In this document: in pieces, positions 1 to 11,053 of the stretch
Layout of the letters: every line of letters starts with the position of its first letter
Position numbering within the stretch: the stretch's first letter is position 1
DNA from: Nitrospirota bacterium
GTDB taxonomy: Bacteria > Nitrospirota > UBA9217
Assembly: GCA_963740085.1 (NCBI GenBank)
Contig: CAVUCU010000004.1
Coordinates: forward strand, 544,001 to 608,000
Direction: 5' to 3'
DNA: 64,000 nt
Program-made: the position numbers and the translations under genes
Notes under the pieces: model-generated
What the model was told of the DNA's origin: nothing
Databases searched by the model: none
The model's input: the letters and a program-made list of their open reading frames with translations, nothing else

Positions 1-1892
<1,892 letters not shown>

Positions 1893-1895
<3 letters not shown>

Positions 1896-1954
1896 CCGCG
1901 TATTTTATTCAAGTTAAAGCATTATCCGTGTCGATCCGTGTACATCCGTGGTTA
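1893..1954. repeat. 10-nt-period repeat arm (ATCCGTG x3)
   Basis: ATCCGTG at 1924, 1934 and 1944; outer TAACCGCG/CGTGGTTA. Confidence 0.7.
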
Positions 1955-1968
1955 AAAAAAAGGTTAAC

Positions 1969-2810
1969 ATGAGAATCGGTTTTCACGTTTCCATATCCGG
2001 CGGCTTCTCCCTTTCCGTTCAACGCGCCTTCGACCTCGGATGCAGTTGCATGCAGATCTTCAGCAGGAATCCGCGCGGATGGACGGTCAAACCGCTTGAC
2101 GAAGAAGGATGTTGTCCGAATTCAAGAAGCTGCGCGAGCAGTGGGATATCGGGCCGGTCTTCGTGCATACCAATTATCTCATTAACCTCGCTTCATCGAA
2201 ACCCGATCTGTACGAAAAATCCATAGAGCAGTTTGTCATAGACCTCGAGCGCACCGAGGCGCTTGGAGCGGAATATCTGGTGACGCACCTGGGTTCGGCG
2301 AGCGGGAAGGAACCGCAATGGATGATCGGTCGCGTGTCCGCCGCTTTGAACATGGCCATGAAACTCCATCCGCCGAAAGCTACGATCCTCCTGGAAAATA
2401 CCGCCGGCGAAGCGGGGGATGTAGGATATACCCTTGAACAGGTGCAGAATGTTATCTCGACTTTAAGTAATTCTTCGCATATCGGCATCTGCTACGATAC
2501 CTGTCATGGTTTTGCGGCCGGATATGATATTCGTACAAAACAAGGCGTAGATGCTTTACTTCGCGTGATCAAGGATACCGTGGGGTTGGATCGTTTAAAG
2601 GGAATGCACCTGAATGACTGTCTCCGTGATTTCAATTCCCATGTCGATCGCCATTGGCACATCGGCGAGGGCAAGATCGGACTCGACGGTTTTAAGGCGC
2701 TCCTGAATCATCCGGAATTCAAGGATGTTCCAAAGATCATGGAAACACCGAAGGAAACCGAAGAGGACGACCCGAGGAACATGAGGACCGTGATGTCATT
2801 GATGCGATAG
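1969..2810 (+). pseudogene. nfo: Endonuclease IV, frameshifted near 2100-2117 (real lesion or sequencing error)
   Basis: N-terminus MRIGFHVSISGG...QIFSRNPRGW is in one frame. The remainder (H-x2-YLINLAS, LLENTAG, CYDTCH, HLND, DRHWHIGEG, METP) is in another. Confidence 0.85.
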
Positions 2811-2852
2811 TCAATCAAATACTTTTGGCGGAAAGCGGGGGAGGATAAGGTC

Positions 2853-3236
2853 ATGGATGACAAGCAGAAAGATCAGGTCCAGAAAAGGTTAAGTCATGCA
2901 CGAGAATCCCTCAAAGACGCAAACGATCTTTTTAGGGAGGGCGCGGAGTTGCGCTTCGTAATGAACAACTTGTATTACGCGTTTCTCTATCCGGCCCTCG
3001 GACTGCTTCAGGCACGACAGCTTCCGGCTCCGATGCAGAGCACGGCAATATCGCTCTTCGACCGTGAGTATGTTCAAACAGGTATCTTTGAGAGAAGGTT
3101 CCTTGATGCTTTCCGCAAGGCTTTTGACCTCCGGCCCGCTTGCGAGTGTCAGAAAAAAATTGAAAAGGCGGACATTGAGGAACTCCTGCCCGTTGCCCAG
3201 GATTTTCTGGATGCTGTTGAAAGAAACATACGATAA
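2853..3236 (+). CDS. HEPN-domain (UPF0332-like) protein, stand-alone, motifs degenerate
   Basis: Helical pattern ARESLKDA...NNLYYAF...AISLFDREYVQTG...AFDLR is typical of small HEPN proteins; SD GGAGG upstream. Confidence 0.7.
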   Translation: MDDKQKDQVQKRLSHARESLKDANDLFREGAELRFVMNNLYYAFLYPALGLLQARQLPAPMQSTAISLFDREYVQTGIFERRFLDAFRKAFDLRPACECQKKIEKADIEELLPVAQDFLDAVERNIR

Positions 3237-3367
3237 AACGTCGAAAACAACGCACTGCCGCCGTAAAAATCCTTTCTGGATTTTTTCCCCTGCCTCTGGT
3301 ATAGTACCGGATACTGTTAGCCAGACAACACCGGCGATAGTTGCCGATACGCGTTCCGGTCCATATT

Positions 3368-4309
3368 ATGAAAGTTGCGGACATCATCAATAAGAAAACA
3401 GCAGTAAGGCGCTACAACGCTTTTGGGCAGTACATGAAGCGTTTGTACCGCACGCCGGTCTACAAGGTGAACGTGGACGCGGGGTTTACCTGTCCAAACC
3501 GCGATGGAACAGTTGCGACAGGCGGGTGCATTTATTGCAACAACGACAGCTTCCGGCCCTCGGCGTGCACGAGCACGGCATCACTGCGCGAGCAGATTAA
3601 CAAGGGCATTCCCTACCTCCGTTCGCGTTATGGAGCAGAGAAGTTCATCGTCTATTTTCAGCCTTATACCAATACGTATGCGAGCGTCGAGGTTCTCGAC
3701 CGCCTCTACCGCGAGGCGCTCGACAATCCTGGCGTTGTCGGCCTTGCCATCGGCACCAGGCCGGACTGCGTTGACGAGGAAAAGATCGCGCTTCTCGAAA
3801 CGCTCGGCCGCGAACATTTTGTGCTGGTGGAATACGGACTCCAGTCGGTCTACGATGCGACGCTTACCTTCATCAACCGGGGGCATGACTACGCCTGCTT
3901 TAAACACGCCCTTGCCATGACCGTCAACAGGGGCATCCATGTCGGAGCACACCTTATACTCGGCTTCCCGACGGAAACGATGGAAGAGATGCTCGCAATG
4001 GCCGATGAGCTCTCACGATTGCCGATCGAGTTCCTTAAGATCCACCAACTTCAGGTGGTGAAGGGGACGGCCCTGGCTGATCTCTATGCGGAAAAGCCTT
4101 TTGCGACCTTCGGCTATCATGAGTATATAGAGATGCTGGCTGATTTTCTGGAACGATTGTCACCGGATATTGTGCTGCAGAGGCTTTTCGCGGCTGCACC
4201 AGATGACATCCTGATCGCACCGCTTTGGAACAAAACCCGAAGTCAACTGCTCCGGGACCTCGATACGCTCATGGAGCAGCGGGGAAGCTATCAGGGGAAA
4301 GCGCGCTGA
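3368..4309 (+). CDS. YhcC/TIGR01212-family radical SAM protein
   Basis: GFTCPNRDG...GGCIYCNN, YFQPYTNTY, IGTRPDC, INRGH motifs. Confidence 0.92.
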   Translation: MKVADIINKKTAVRRYNAFGQYMKRLYRTPVYKVNVDAGFTCPNRDGTVATGGCIYCNNDSFRPSACTSTASLREQINKGIPYLRSRYGAEKFIVYFQPYTNTYASVEVLDRLYREALDNPGVVGLAIGTRPDCVDEEKIALLETLGREHFVLVEYGLQSVYDATLTFINRGHDYACFKHALAMTVNRGIHVGAHLILGFPTETMEEMLAMADELSRLPIEFLKIHQLQVVKGTALADLYAEKPFATFGYHEYIEMLADFLERLSPDIVLQRLFAAAPDDILIAPLWNKTRSQLLRDLDTLMEQRGSYQGKAR

Positions 4310-4317
4310 TCGCGCGA

Positions 4318-4355
4318 AATGGAGATTGAAGATTGGAAATTGAAAAATGCAAAAT
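4318..4355. repeat. 7-nt-period repeat arm
   Basis: AATGGAG ATTGAAG ATTGGAA ATTGAAA AATGCAA. Confidence 0.6.
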
Positions 4356-4390
4356 AAATTTAAAATTACCAATACACCGAAGGTGACGAT

Positions 4391-5053
4391 ATGATCGATC
4401 TCCATACCCATTCACTGTTCAGCGACGGCGTGCTTGTGCCGTCGGAACTGGTGCGGCGGGCAGTGATGAAGGGTTACGAAGTGATCGCGATTACTGACCA
4501 TGCCGACGCATCGAACCTTGATTTCACGATACCGCGGGTGGCCGCAGCGTGCAAAGAGCTTAACCGTCGCTGGAAGATCACGGCACTGCCTGGCATCGAA
4601 CTCACACACATCCCGCCCGAGACCTTCGCCCAACTCACCGATCGGGCCCGCTCCCTTGGTGCAATGATCGTGGTTGCCCATGGCGAGACGCTTGTAGAAC
4701 CCGTCCACCCGGGGACGAACAGGGCGGCGATCGAAGCGCGGGTGGACATACTCGCTCATCCCGGTTTGATCACCAAAGAGGAAGCCGAACTTGCGTTCAA
4801 GAACGGGGTCCATCTTGAGATTACTGCCCGCAAGGGACACAGCCTGTCGAACGGACACGTGGCAAAGACGGCAGGTGAGACGGGCGCCAGGCTTGTGATC
4901 GATACCGACGCACATGAACCGGGAGACTTGATCACCGATGAATTTGCTCGGAACGTCCTTCTCGGCGCAGGTCTGAGCACGGATGCTATTGCCGCTATTT
5001 TTCAAAATTCGAAGGATCTGGCCGCAAAAGCAAAGGCAGCGTTCAATAAGTAG
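4391..5053 (+). CDS. PHP-domain phosphoesterase (histidinol-phosphatase-like)
   Basis: DLHTHS, ITDH, HGET, LAHPG, DTDAH metal-binding motifs. Confidence 0.9.
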   Translation: MIDLHTHSLFSDGVLVPSELVRRAVMKGYEVIAITDHADASNLDFTIPRVAAACKELNRRWKITALPGIELTHIPPETFAQLTDRARSLGAMIVVAHGETLVEPVHPGTNRAAIEARVDILAHPGLITKEEAELAFKNGVHLEITARKGHSLSNGHVAKTAGETGARLVIDTDAHEPGDLITDEFARNVLLGAGLSTDAIAAIFQNSKDLAAKAKAAFNK

Positions 5054-5161
5054 CGGCATTGCCGTAACAGCCGAACACATCGCAAGATATTCCTTGTGTC
5101 TTCGCGTCTTTGTGAAGAGAAGGTCTTGTCGATATTTAATCATGCAGGGGAGGTTTTAAAG

Positions 5162-5875
5162 ATGCTGAGGATCAAGAAGAAAGCGCGTGTAACAAAGCAA
5201 ACACAGGAACAGGATATCGCGACCATCATGCACAAGGTCACTGTCGTCCTGTCGACTTACAGAAAACAGGTTGTCATCGCCCTGTCATTACTGGCGGCAC
5301 TGCTTGTGATAGCCGGAGGATATTCGATCATACAATCAGCAGATGAGCAGAAGGCGGGGTCGCTTTTTTCTGCTGCCTATGAAGTTTACAGCCCGTCGGG
5401 TGATTCGCCGGCGGACTACAGAAGAGCGCTTGAACTCTTCCGCGGCGTTCAGAAAAAATATTCCGGGACCATGAGCGGTGCAATGGCACAGTATTACATC
5501 GGAAACTGCCTGGCGAATCTCGGCCAGACGGACGAAGCGCTCAAAGAATACCAGTTTTTTGTTAAAACATACTCGGGCAGGAAATTTCTGCTGGGACTTG
5601 TGTATCAGCGCATGGGATACGAAGAGATCCTGCTCGGGAAGCGGGCCGAGGCCATCAAGGCGTTCGAACAGGCGGATTCCCTTGAAACCCCGGGCGTTGC
5701 CACGATCGAACTCGCAAGACTCTATGAGTCATCCGGAAATATTCCTGAGTCACAGAAAAAATATAAGATAGTGCAAGAGAAGCTCGGCGGCTCTGCATGG
5801 AGCATTGAAGCAATGGGAAAGGCGCAGATTATCGAGCCCGCTTCGAAACCTGTTGCTGGAAAAGAAGGGAAGTAA
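5162..5875 (+). CDS. Membrane-anchored TPR protein (YfgM-like)
   Basis: Single TM segment followed by TPR-like helices (AQYYIGNCL...A); SD GGGAGG before ATG 5162. Confidence 0.75.
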   Translation: MLRIKKKARVTKQTQEQDIATIMHKVTVVLSTYRKQVVIALSLLAALLVIAGGYSIIQSADEQKAGSLFSAAYEVYSPSGDSPADYRRALELFRGVQKKYSGTMSGAMAQYYIGNCLANLGQTDEALKEYQFFVKTYSGRKFLLGLVYQRMGYEEILLGKRAEAIKAFEQADSLETPGVATIELARLYESSGNIPESQKKYKIVQEKLGGSAWSIEAMGKAQIIEPASKPVAGKEGK

Positions 5876-6163
5876 CAGCGAACCGAGATGCCGATGATCC
5901 AAAAGCGTATTGTCGGGAAAATAAGAGAACGTTTCCGTTTCCCGGTCATGGGTTGCCGCTCTTCACTATTTTCGATGAGGGGAGACGACCGGGAGGGACA
6001 GGATACGGATACCGGCTAAACCCAACGACGCAGCCGCGGCGAGGTGCCCTTCGCGCGCAATCATGATCAACCCGCTATTTATTGTTTACCGTATCCTTAA
6101 ATAAAAACGGGGTCGCCACCGATCCCCGCGTCTGATTTTATCCATCGTTCCTTATGATGTCCT

Positions 6164-8377
6164 ATGAAGAGAAAAGACAACAATAAAAAAATACTGTTCC
6201 TGGTCCTCGGCCTCTCTTTTCTCGTGGCGGCATATAGGGCCCTTCATTCGTCCCTGTACCCGCGCTGGACGTTTATGAATGCGCTGCCTTTTAACCTCTC
6301 CGATTATGAACTTAATTTCCGCTTGTTATTCCTTGCTGGCCTTGCTGTATTTGTCAGCTTGGCAGGTCTGTTCGGCATGCTGGCAAAAAAAATACTGGCG
6401 AAATATCGCCTGAATGAAGAACAGTTCAAGAATCTTGTCGAACTGTCAAACGACATCGTCACGATCACTGACAAGGACGGGAAACTGGCGTTCATGAATC
6501 ATGCCGCCTGCCGCATTCTCGAACGGAAGTCAGAAGAAGCGATCGGCAAGTCGTTCATGGACTTCATTCACCCCGAGGATAAAAAAAAATATCTGGGAAA
6601 GCGCGAAGAGCTGGCGAAATTGAGAACAGATACGTTTATTGTTGAGAGCCGGTTCATCGCGAAAAGCGGAAAATCGATAAATGTCCTCCACACTGTCCGC
6701 GTGCTTAGTGATACACGGGGAGGACCCGTCCAGACGCTCGGTATTGCAAGGGATATTACTGAAGGCAAGCGGATAGAAGAGTCAATGCATAAGGCCGTTG
6801 CACGAGGAACAGAAGAAAAGGCGAGGCTGGAATACGTTATTTCATCGATCGACGAAGGTGTCAGTATTCAGAGCACGGATTTTAAGGTTCTTTATAAAAA
6901 TCAGGCTCACCTGCAGATGTTCGGCGTGGATGCCGGGGGTGAATATTGTTACCAGGCGTTCACGCAAGCCGATTCCCGGTGCCCCGGTTGTCCGATGGAG
7001 GAGGTTTTTAAAGACGGGAAGATCCACAGGCTGGAAACGGAGATATCAAAAAACGGTGAAGTTCGTTTTATTGAGATCAAAGCCGCTCCCTTTAGGGACG
7101 CCTCCGGAGCCATCGTCGCAGGAATCGAGGAGGTCAGGGACATTACGGCACGCAAGAGCGCGGAAGAGAAAATGAGGATGTTTTCCGTGGCCATCGAAGA
7201 GGCGATCGACGGCATACAGATCATCGATCTTGACGGCCGTGTTGTTTATTCCAACAAAGCGGTCGGGCTGATATACGGATTTTCACATGAGGAACTTGTT
7301 GGGAAGCATATCAGTGAAATGAACGCTGACCGGGAGTTCGCCGCGCGGTTCATCCTCCCGGAGGTAAGAGAAACGGGCCGCTGGAGCGGGGAACTCATGG
7401 CTGTCCATAAAGATGGCAGAACTTTTCCGGTCTGGCTCTCCATGTCGGTTGTGAAGAGTGAGCACGGTCGCCCCATTGCGATGATAAACTCACAGCAGGA
7501 TATCACCGAGCGTAAACAGGCAGAAGAGGCCATGAAACAGAACCATGACCAGCTGATGAAGCTTGTTGAAGAGCGCACCCGGGAACTTTCAAGTGCAAAT
7601 GAGAAGCTTCGCAAGGAGATTGCGGACCGGGGAAAAATGGAAAAGGAACTGCTCAAGGCTCAGAAACTCGAATCGCTCGGCATCCTCGCCGGGGGCATTG
7701 CGCATGATTTCAATAACCTGCTTGCATCAATCACGGGGAATATCTCTCTTGCCAGGCTGGACCTCGACCCAAAGAACAGCGCCTATCAGAAGCTTAATGG
7801 AGCGGAGAAGGCTTCGCTCAGAGCTCAAGACCTTACACGCCAACTGCTCACGTTCTCGAAAGGTGGAGATCCGATCAAGAAAGCGGTGAAACTCGGTGAT
7901 TTGATCCGGGAAGTCACCGGGTTTACCGTGCGCGGCTCGCGGGTAAAGTTCTTTTTCTCACTTCCCGAGGATCTTTGGCTTGCGAATATTGACGAGGGCC
8001 AGATCAGCCAGGTCATCCATAATCTCCTTATCAATGCGGACCATGCAATGCCCAAGGGGGGAACGATCACGATCAGCTGTGAAAATGCCGTTGTCACCGC
8101 GCCTTCGAAACTGCCGCTGAGGCCAGGGAATTATGTAAGGCTCAACGTCCGGGACCACGGTATCGGCATCCCGCAGGAACACCTCTCAAAGATATTCGAT
8201 CCTTATTTTACGACAAAGCAGAAAGGGAGCGGACTTGGACTTGCCATGGCCTATTCAATTATCATCCAGCACAGCGGACATATTTTTGCGGAATCGGTGC
8301 CCGGAAAGGGCACGACCTTCATCATCTATCTGCCTGCCTTCGATTCCGTGACAGCGAACATAGGGCAATCGAAATGA
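6164..8377 (+). CDS. Multi-PAS sensor histidine kinase
   Basis: N-terminal TM segments, three PAS domains ending in DIT motifs, H-box AHDFNNLL, N-box NLLINA, G1/F/G2 boxes (DHGIG, FDPYFTTK, GSGLGL). Confidence 0.93.
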   Translation: MKRKDNNKKILFLVLGLSFLVAAYRALHSSLYPRWTFMNALPFNLSDYELNFRLLFLAGLAVFVSLAGLFGMLAKKILAKYRLNEEQFKNLVELSNDIVTITDKDGKLAFMNHAACRILERKSEEAIGKSFMDFIHPEDKKKYLGKREELAKLRTDTFIVESRFIAKSGKSINVLHTVRVLSDTRGGPVQTLGIARDITEGKRIEESMHKAVARGTEEKARLEYVISSIDEGVSIQSTDFKVLYKNQAHLQMFGVDAGGEYCYQAFTQADSRCPGCPMEEVFKDGKIHRLETEISKNGEVRFIEIKAAPFRDASGAIVAGIEEVRDITARKSAEEKMRMFSVAIEEAIDGIQIIDLDGRVVYSNKAVGLIYGFSHEELVGKHISEMNADREFAARFILPEVRETGRWSGELMAVHKDGRTFPVWLSMSVVKSEHGRPIAMINSQQDITERKQAEEAMKQNHDQLMKLVEERTRELSSANEKLRKEIADRGKMEKELLKAQKLESLGILAGGIAHDFNNLLASITGNISLARLDLDPKNSAYQKLNGAEKASLRAQDLTRQLLTFSKGGDPIKKAVKLGDLIREVTGFTVRGSRVKFFFSLPEDLWLANIDEGQISQVIHNLLINADHAMPKGGTITISCENAVVTAPSKLPLRPGNYVRLNVRDHGIGIPQEHLSKIFDPYFTTKQKGSGLGLAMAYSIIIQHSGHIFAESVPGKGTTFIIYLPAFDSVTANIGQSK

Positions 8378-8467
8378 TACCAGTCTCGCCCACAGGTCTA
8401 CGCTCAGATTTTGCTGATCATGTCTATCGGTAAGATAGGTATATTCTTATAATTGAACTGAACAAAA

Positions 8468-8499
8468 AAAAGGGTCAGGGAATATTCCCTGACCCTTTT
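8468..8499. terminator. Bidirectional intrinsic terminator
   Basis: Perfect 32-bp palindrome AAAAGGGTCAGGGAAT/ATTCCCTGACCCTTTT between convergent genes. Confidence 0.9.
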
Positions 8500-8516
8500 G
8501 TCGTTATTGTTCAATG

Positions 8517-9854
8517 TTAAATCTGGTCGCTATCAACGACCAGCTTGATCTTCTGCCCCCTGTGCACGGTAATGCCGATCCCCTTGTTCCATTCGCGGAT
8601 ATCAGCAATGGTCACATTGTGCATCTTCGCAATCCGATTAAGCGTTTCTCCGCGCCTGACGCGGTAAAGGATCTTCTGCTGTCTGCCGGCCTGTCCCATG
8701 GACAAGTAGCTCAAATCATGGTTTTGCCCGTTGATGTCTATGGGAATGAGCAGGTGCTTGCCTGGCGCAATTCGGTTCTTTTTGAGTCCATTGATGTCTC
8801 GGATCGCCTCCAGGCTGGTGTTGTACCGCTTAGCGAGTGAGGAGAGTGTCTCGCCTTTTCGGACTTCATGCCGTTCCCACTTGATCTTCTGCTCCGGAGG
8901 TACAGCGGCGAAGTTCGCAAGGAATGTCTCTTTCGTGCCAAAAGGGATTCTAAGAGTGTAACCGGGATAATGCGGAGGAGTTACCCACCTTTTGATCTCG
9001 GGGTTCAACTCTTTGATATCCTGATAGGTGCAGTTCGCGCAACTTGCGATCAGTCGGAGGTCCGTGCTTTCTTCGATCACCACTTCATCATACTTGTATG
9101 GATCGACATTCGTTATGGTAAAGCCGTAGGCCTCGGGGTTCTTGGCAATAATGGTCGCGGCCATGAATTTTGGAATATAGTTCTTCGTTTCCGGCTTGAT
9201 GTATCGCGAAGCCTTCAAATCCCAGAAGTCGTCGGAGCGGGTCCTGAGTACGGCGCGCTGGACCTTCCCGGCACCTGCATTGTATGAAGCGAGGGCCAGC
9301 GGCCAGGAGCCGAAGAGAGTGTGCAGGTCTTTCAGATGCTCAGCAGCGGCATTCGTGGACTTAATAGGGTCCTTCCGTTCATCGATCCACCAGTCTATCT
9401 TGAGTCCGTAAAGCTTGCCCGTGGCAGGCATGAACTGCCAGGCTCCGACAGCCCGACACCACGACACGGCGTAGGGGTTAAATCCGCTCTCGATCATGGC
9501 CACGTATACCAGATCCTCGGGAAGGTTCTTTTCTTTGAATATTTTTTTCATCACGGGAATATAACGTGCGGACCGATCCAGCCAGAGTTGGAAGATATCG
9601 TGACCGCGTGTCTTGAAATACTCCAGGTGGCTTTCCACACTATCGTTCAGGATCATGGGAATATCATAGGGTTTTACATAGTCTGAATCATCGCTTGATT
9701 CATCAAGCTTGGCCACATCTTCTGAAGGAGGCTTTAGTTGAGAGGGGATTACTTGATCGGTATCAGGATTAATGCCCTCTGCATGAGCGGGTGGAATCGG
9801 AGACAGGAAAACAAGACTAAGTATAAATAAAATAAAGGTAATTCGATGGGTCAT
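8517..9854 (-). CDS. mltD: MltD-type lytic murein transglycosylase with LysM domains
   Basis: Signal peptide, IESG catalytic motif, GAWQFMP, ASYNAG, ETKNY, C-terminal LysM repeats. Confidence 0.88.
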   Translation of the reverse strand: MTHRITFILFILSLVFLSPIPPAHAEGINPDTDQVIPSQLKPPSEDVAKLDESSDDSDYVKPYDIPMILNDSVESHLEYFKTRGHDIFQLWLDRSARYIPVMKKIFKEKNLPEDLVYVAMIESGFNPYAVSWCRAVGAWQFMPATGKLYGLKIDWWIDERKDPIKSTNAAAEHLKDLHTLFGSWPLALASYNAGAGKVQRAVLRTRSDDFWDLKASRYIKPETKNYIPKFMAATIIAKNPEAYGFTITNVDPYKYDEVVIEESTDLRLIASCANCTYQDIKELNPEIKRWVTPPHYPGYTLRIPFGTKETFLANFAAVPPEQKIKWERHEVRKGETLSSLAKRYNTSLEAIRDINGLKKNRIAPGKHLLIPIDINGQNHDLSYLSMGQAGRQQKILYRVRRGETLNRIAKMHNVTIADIREWNKGIGITVHRGQKIKLVVDSDQI

Positions 9855-9876
9855 CTTTCTTCCTCCAGATAGCTAA

Positions 9877-9905
9877 AAATTACATTATTTCAAGGTTTTT
9901 GTCAA
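9877..9905 (-). promoter_or_regulatory. sigma70-type promoter for mltD
   Basis: Minus strand TTGACA-17 nt-TAATTT. Confidence 0.55.
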
Positions 9906-10010
9906 GAAAAAAATAAAATTACTTGGTTAACCTACTATTACTTGACCAATGTTTTTCGGCTCTTCCGGATATTCATCTGACTTGCCGACGAGAATTTAGG
10001 GATGATATCC

Positions 10011-10039
10011 TTGCAATTCAGGAAGATGTTCTGTACTAT
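10011..10039 (+). promoter_or_regulatory. sigma70-type promoter for queE (probably leaderless)
   Basis: TTGCAA-17 nt-TACTAT, with ATG 10047 seven nt downstream. Confidence 0.55.
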
Positions 10040-10046
10040 TAGATGC

Positions 10047-10802
10047 ATGAAGCATGCCGGACTTTGCGAGGTATTCAGTTCTATTCAAGGCGAGGGCCCA
10101 TGGGTTGGTCAGCGCCAGATATTTGTCCGCTTTGCAGGGTGCGATATCAGATGCCGATACTGTGACACGGTGGATGCTTTTAAAATCCAAGAAGGTCACG
10201 CTTACCCGCAATTCTGCGGCGTTCAAATCTCGGCAGGTTCAAGCGAGCGCGAGCAGGCAACAAATCCTATCTCCTCCCGGGTGCTTACGAAATTCTGCAA
10301 TCGTCTTGTCATTCCAGGACCATCGCGCCCGGTGATCAGCCTGACAGGAGGAGAGCCTCTGTTACAAGCATCGTTTCTGACGGAATGGCTCCCCATGGTT
10401 CGGAACGACTTCACCTTGTATCTGGAAACAAACGGTATTCATACCGAAGACATGCGGTTGATTTACGACCTGGTAGACGTTGTAAGCATTGACTTTAAAC
10501 TTCCTTCTTCCACCGGACTCCGGCCATTTTGGGATGATCATACGAGGTTTCTTGAGCTTGCGCGCGGGAAAAAACTTTACGTAAAGGTTGTCGTGACCAG
10601 AGACACCCGGATGGATGATATCCTTACTGCGTGCAAAATTATCGAGCGATTTGACCGATCCACCGTGCTGGTCATCCAGCCCGCAAGTGGAGCACTAACA
10701 CCCGAATCATTCATGCTCTTGGATTATCAACAGTCGGCACTCAAAATCATCGAGGATGTTCGCATCATTCCTCAGACGCACAAGATATTACACGTACCCT
10801 GA
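10047..10802 (+). CDS. queE: 7-carboxy-7-deazaguanine synthase (radical SAM)
   Basis: EVFSSIQGEG, FVRFAGCDIRCRYCDT, LTGGEP, LETNG, IPQTHK. Confidence 0.9.
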   Translation: MKHAGLCEVFSSIQGEGPWVGQRQIFVRFAGCDIRCRYCDTVDAFKIQEGHAYPQFCGVQISAGSSEREQATNPISSRVLTKFCNRLVIPGPSRPVISLTGGEPLLQASFLTEWLPMVRNDFTLYLETNGIHTEDMRLIYDLVDVVSIDFKLPSSTGLRPFWDDHTRFLELARGKKLYVKVVVTRDTRMDDILTACKIIERFDRSTVLVIQPASGALTPESFMLLDYQQSALKIIEDVRIIPQTHKILHVP

Positions 10803-11053
10803 CTAAAGACAACCCGATAGATTGCAGCACAATATTAAAGTTTTATAAAATAAATATTAGTGATAGATTCTCCCATCAACGTGATCGTTCTCCTTCATAA
10901 ATCCGTCAAAAAACGGCGTCAATTGTTTGACTTTTCTCAGACAATTGTACAGAATTTGACTAAAAATCCTATAAAACTGCAAGTGCGGTGTGCGCAATCT
11001 AAATTCATAGATAAAAATCAACAACCGTTCCAAGAAGGAGTGAATCTCAAGTC

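Noticed and set aside
6010-6040. c-di-GMP-I riboswitch-like words (CCGGCTAAACC, GACGCA)
   Set aside because: Elements are in the wrong order and the GNRA/receptor stems are absent.
8375-8452. Stop read-through of the kinase into a receiver domain
   Set aside because: The downstream frame (QILLIMSIG...) lacks the acidic pair and stops after about 24 codons.
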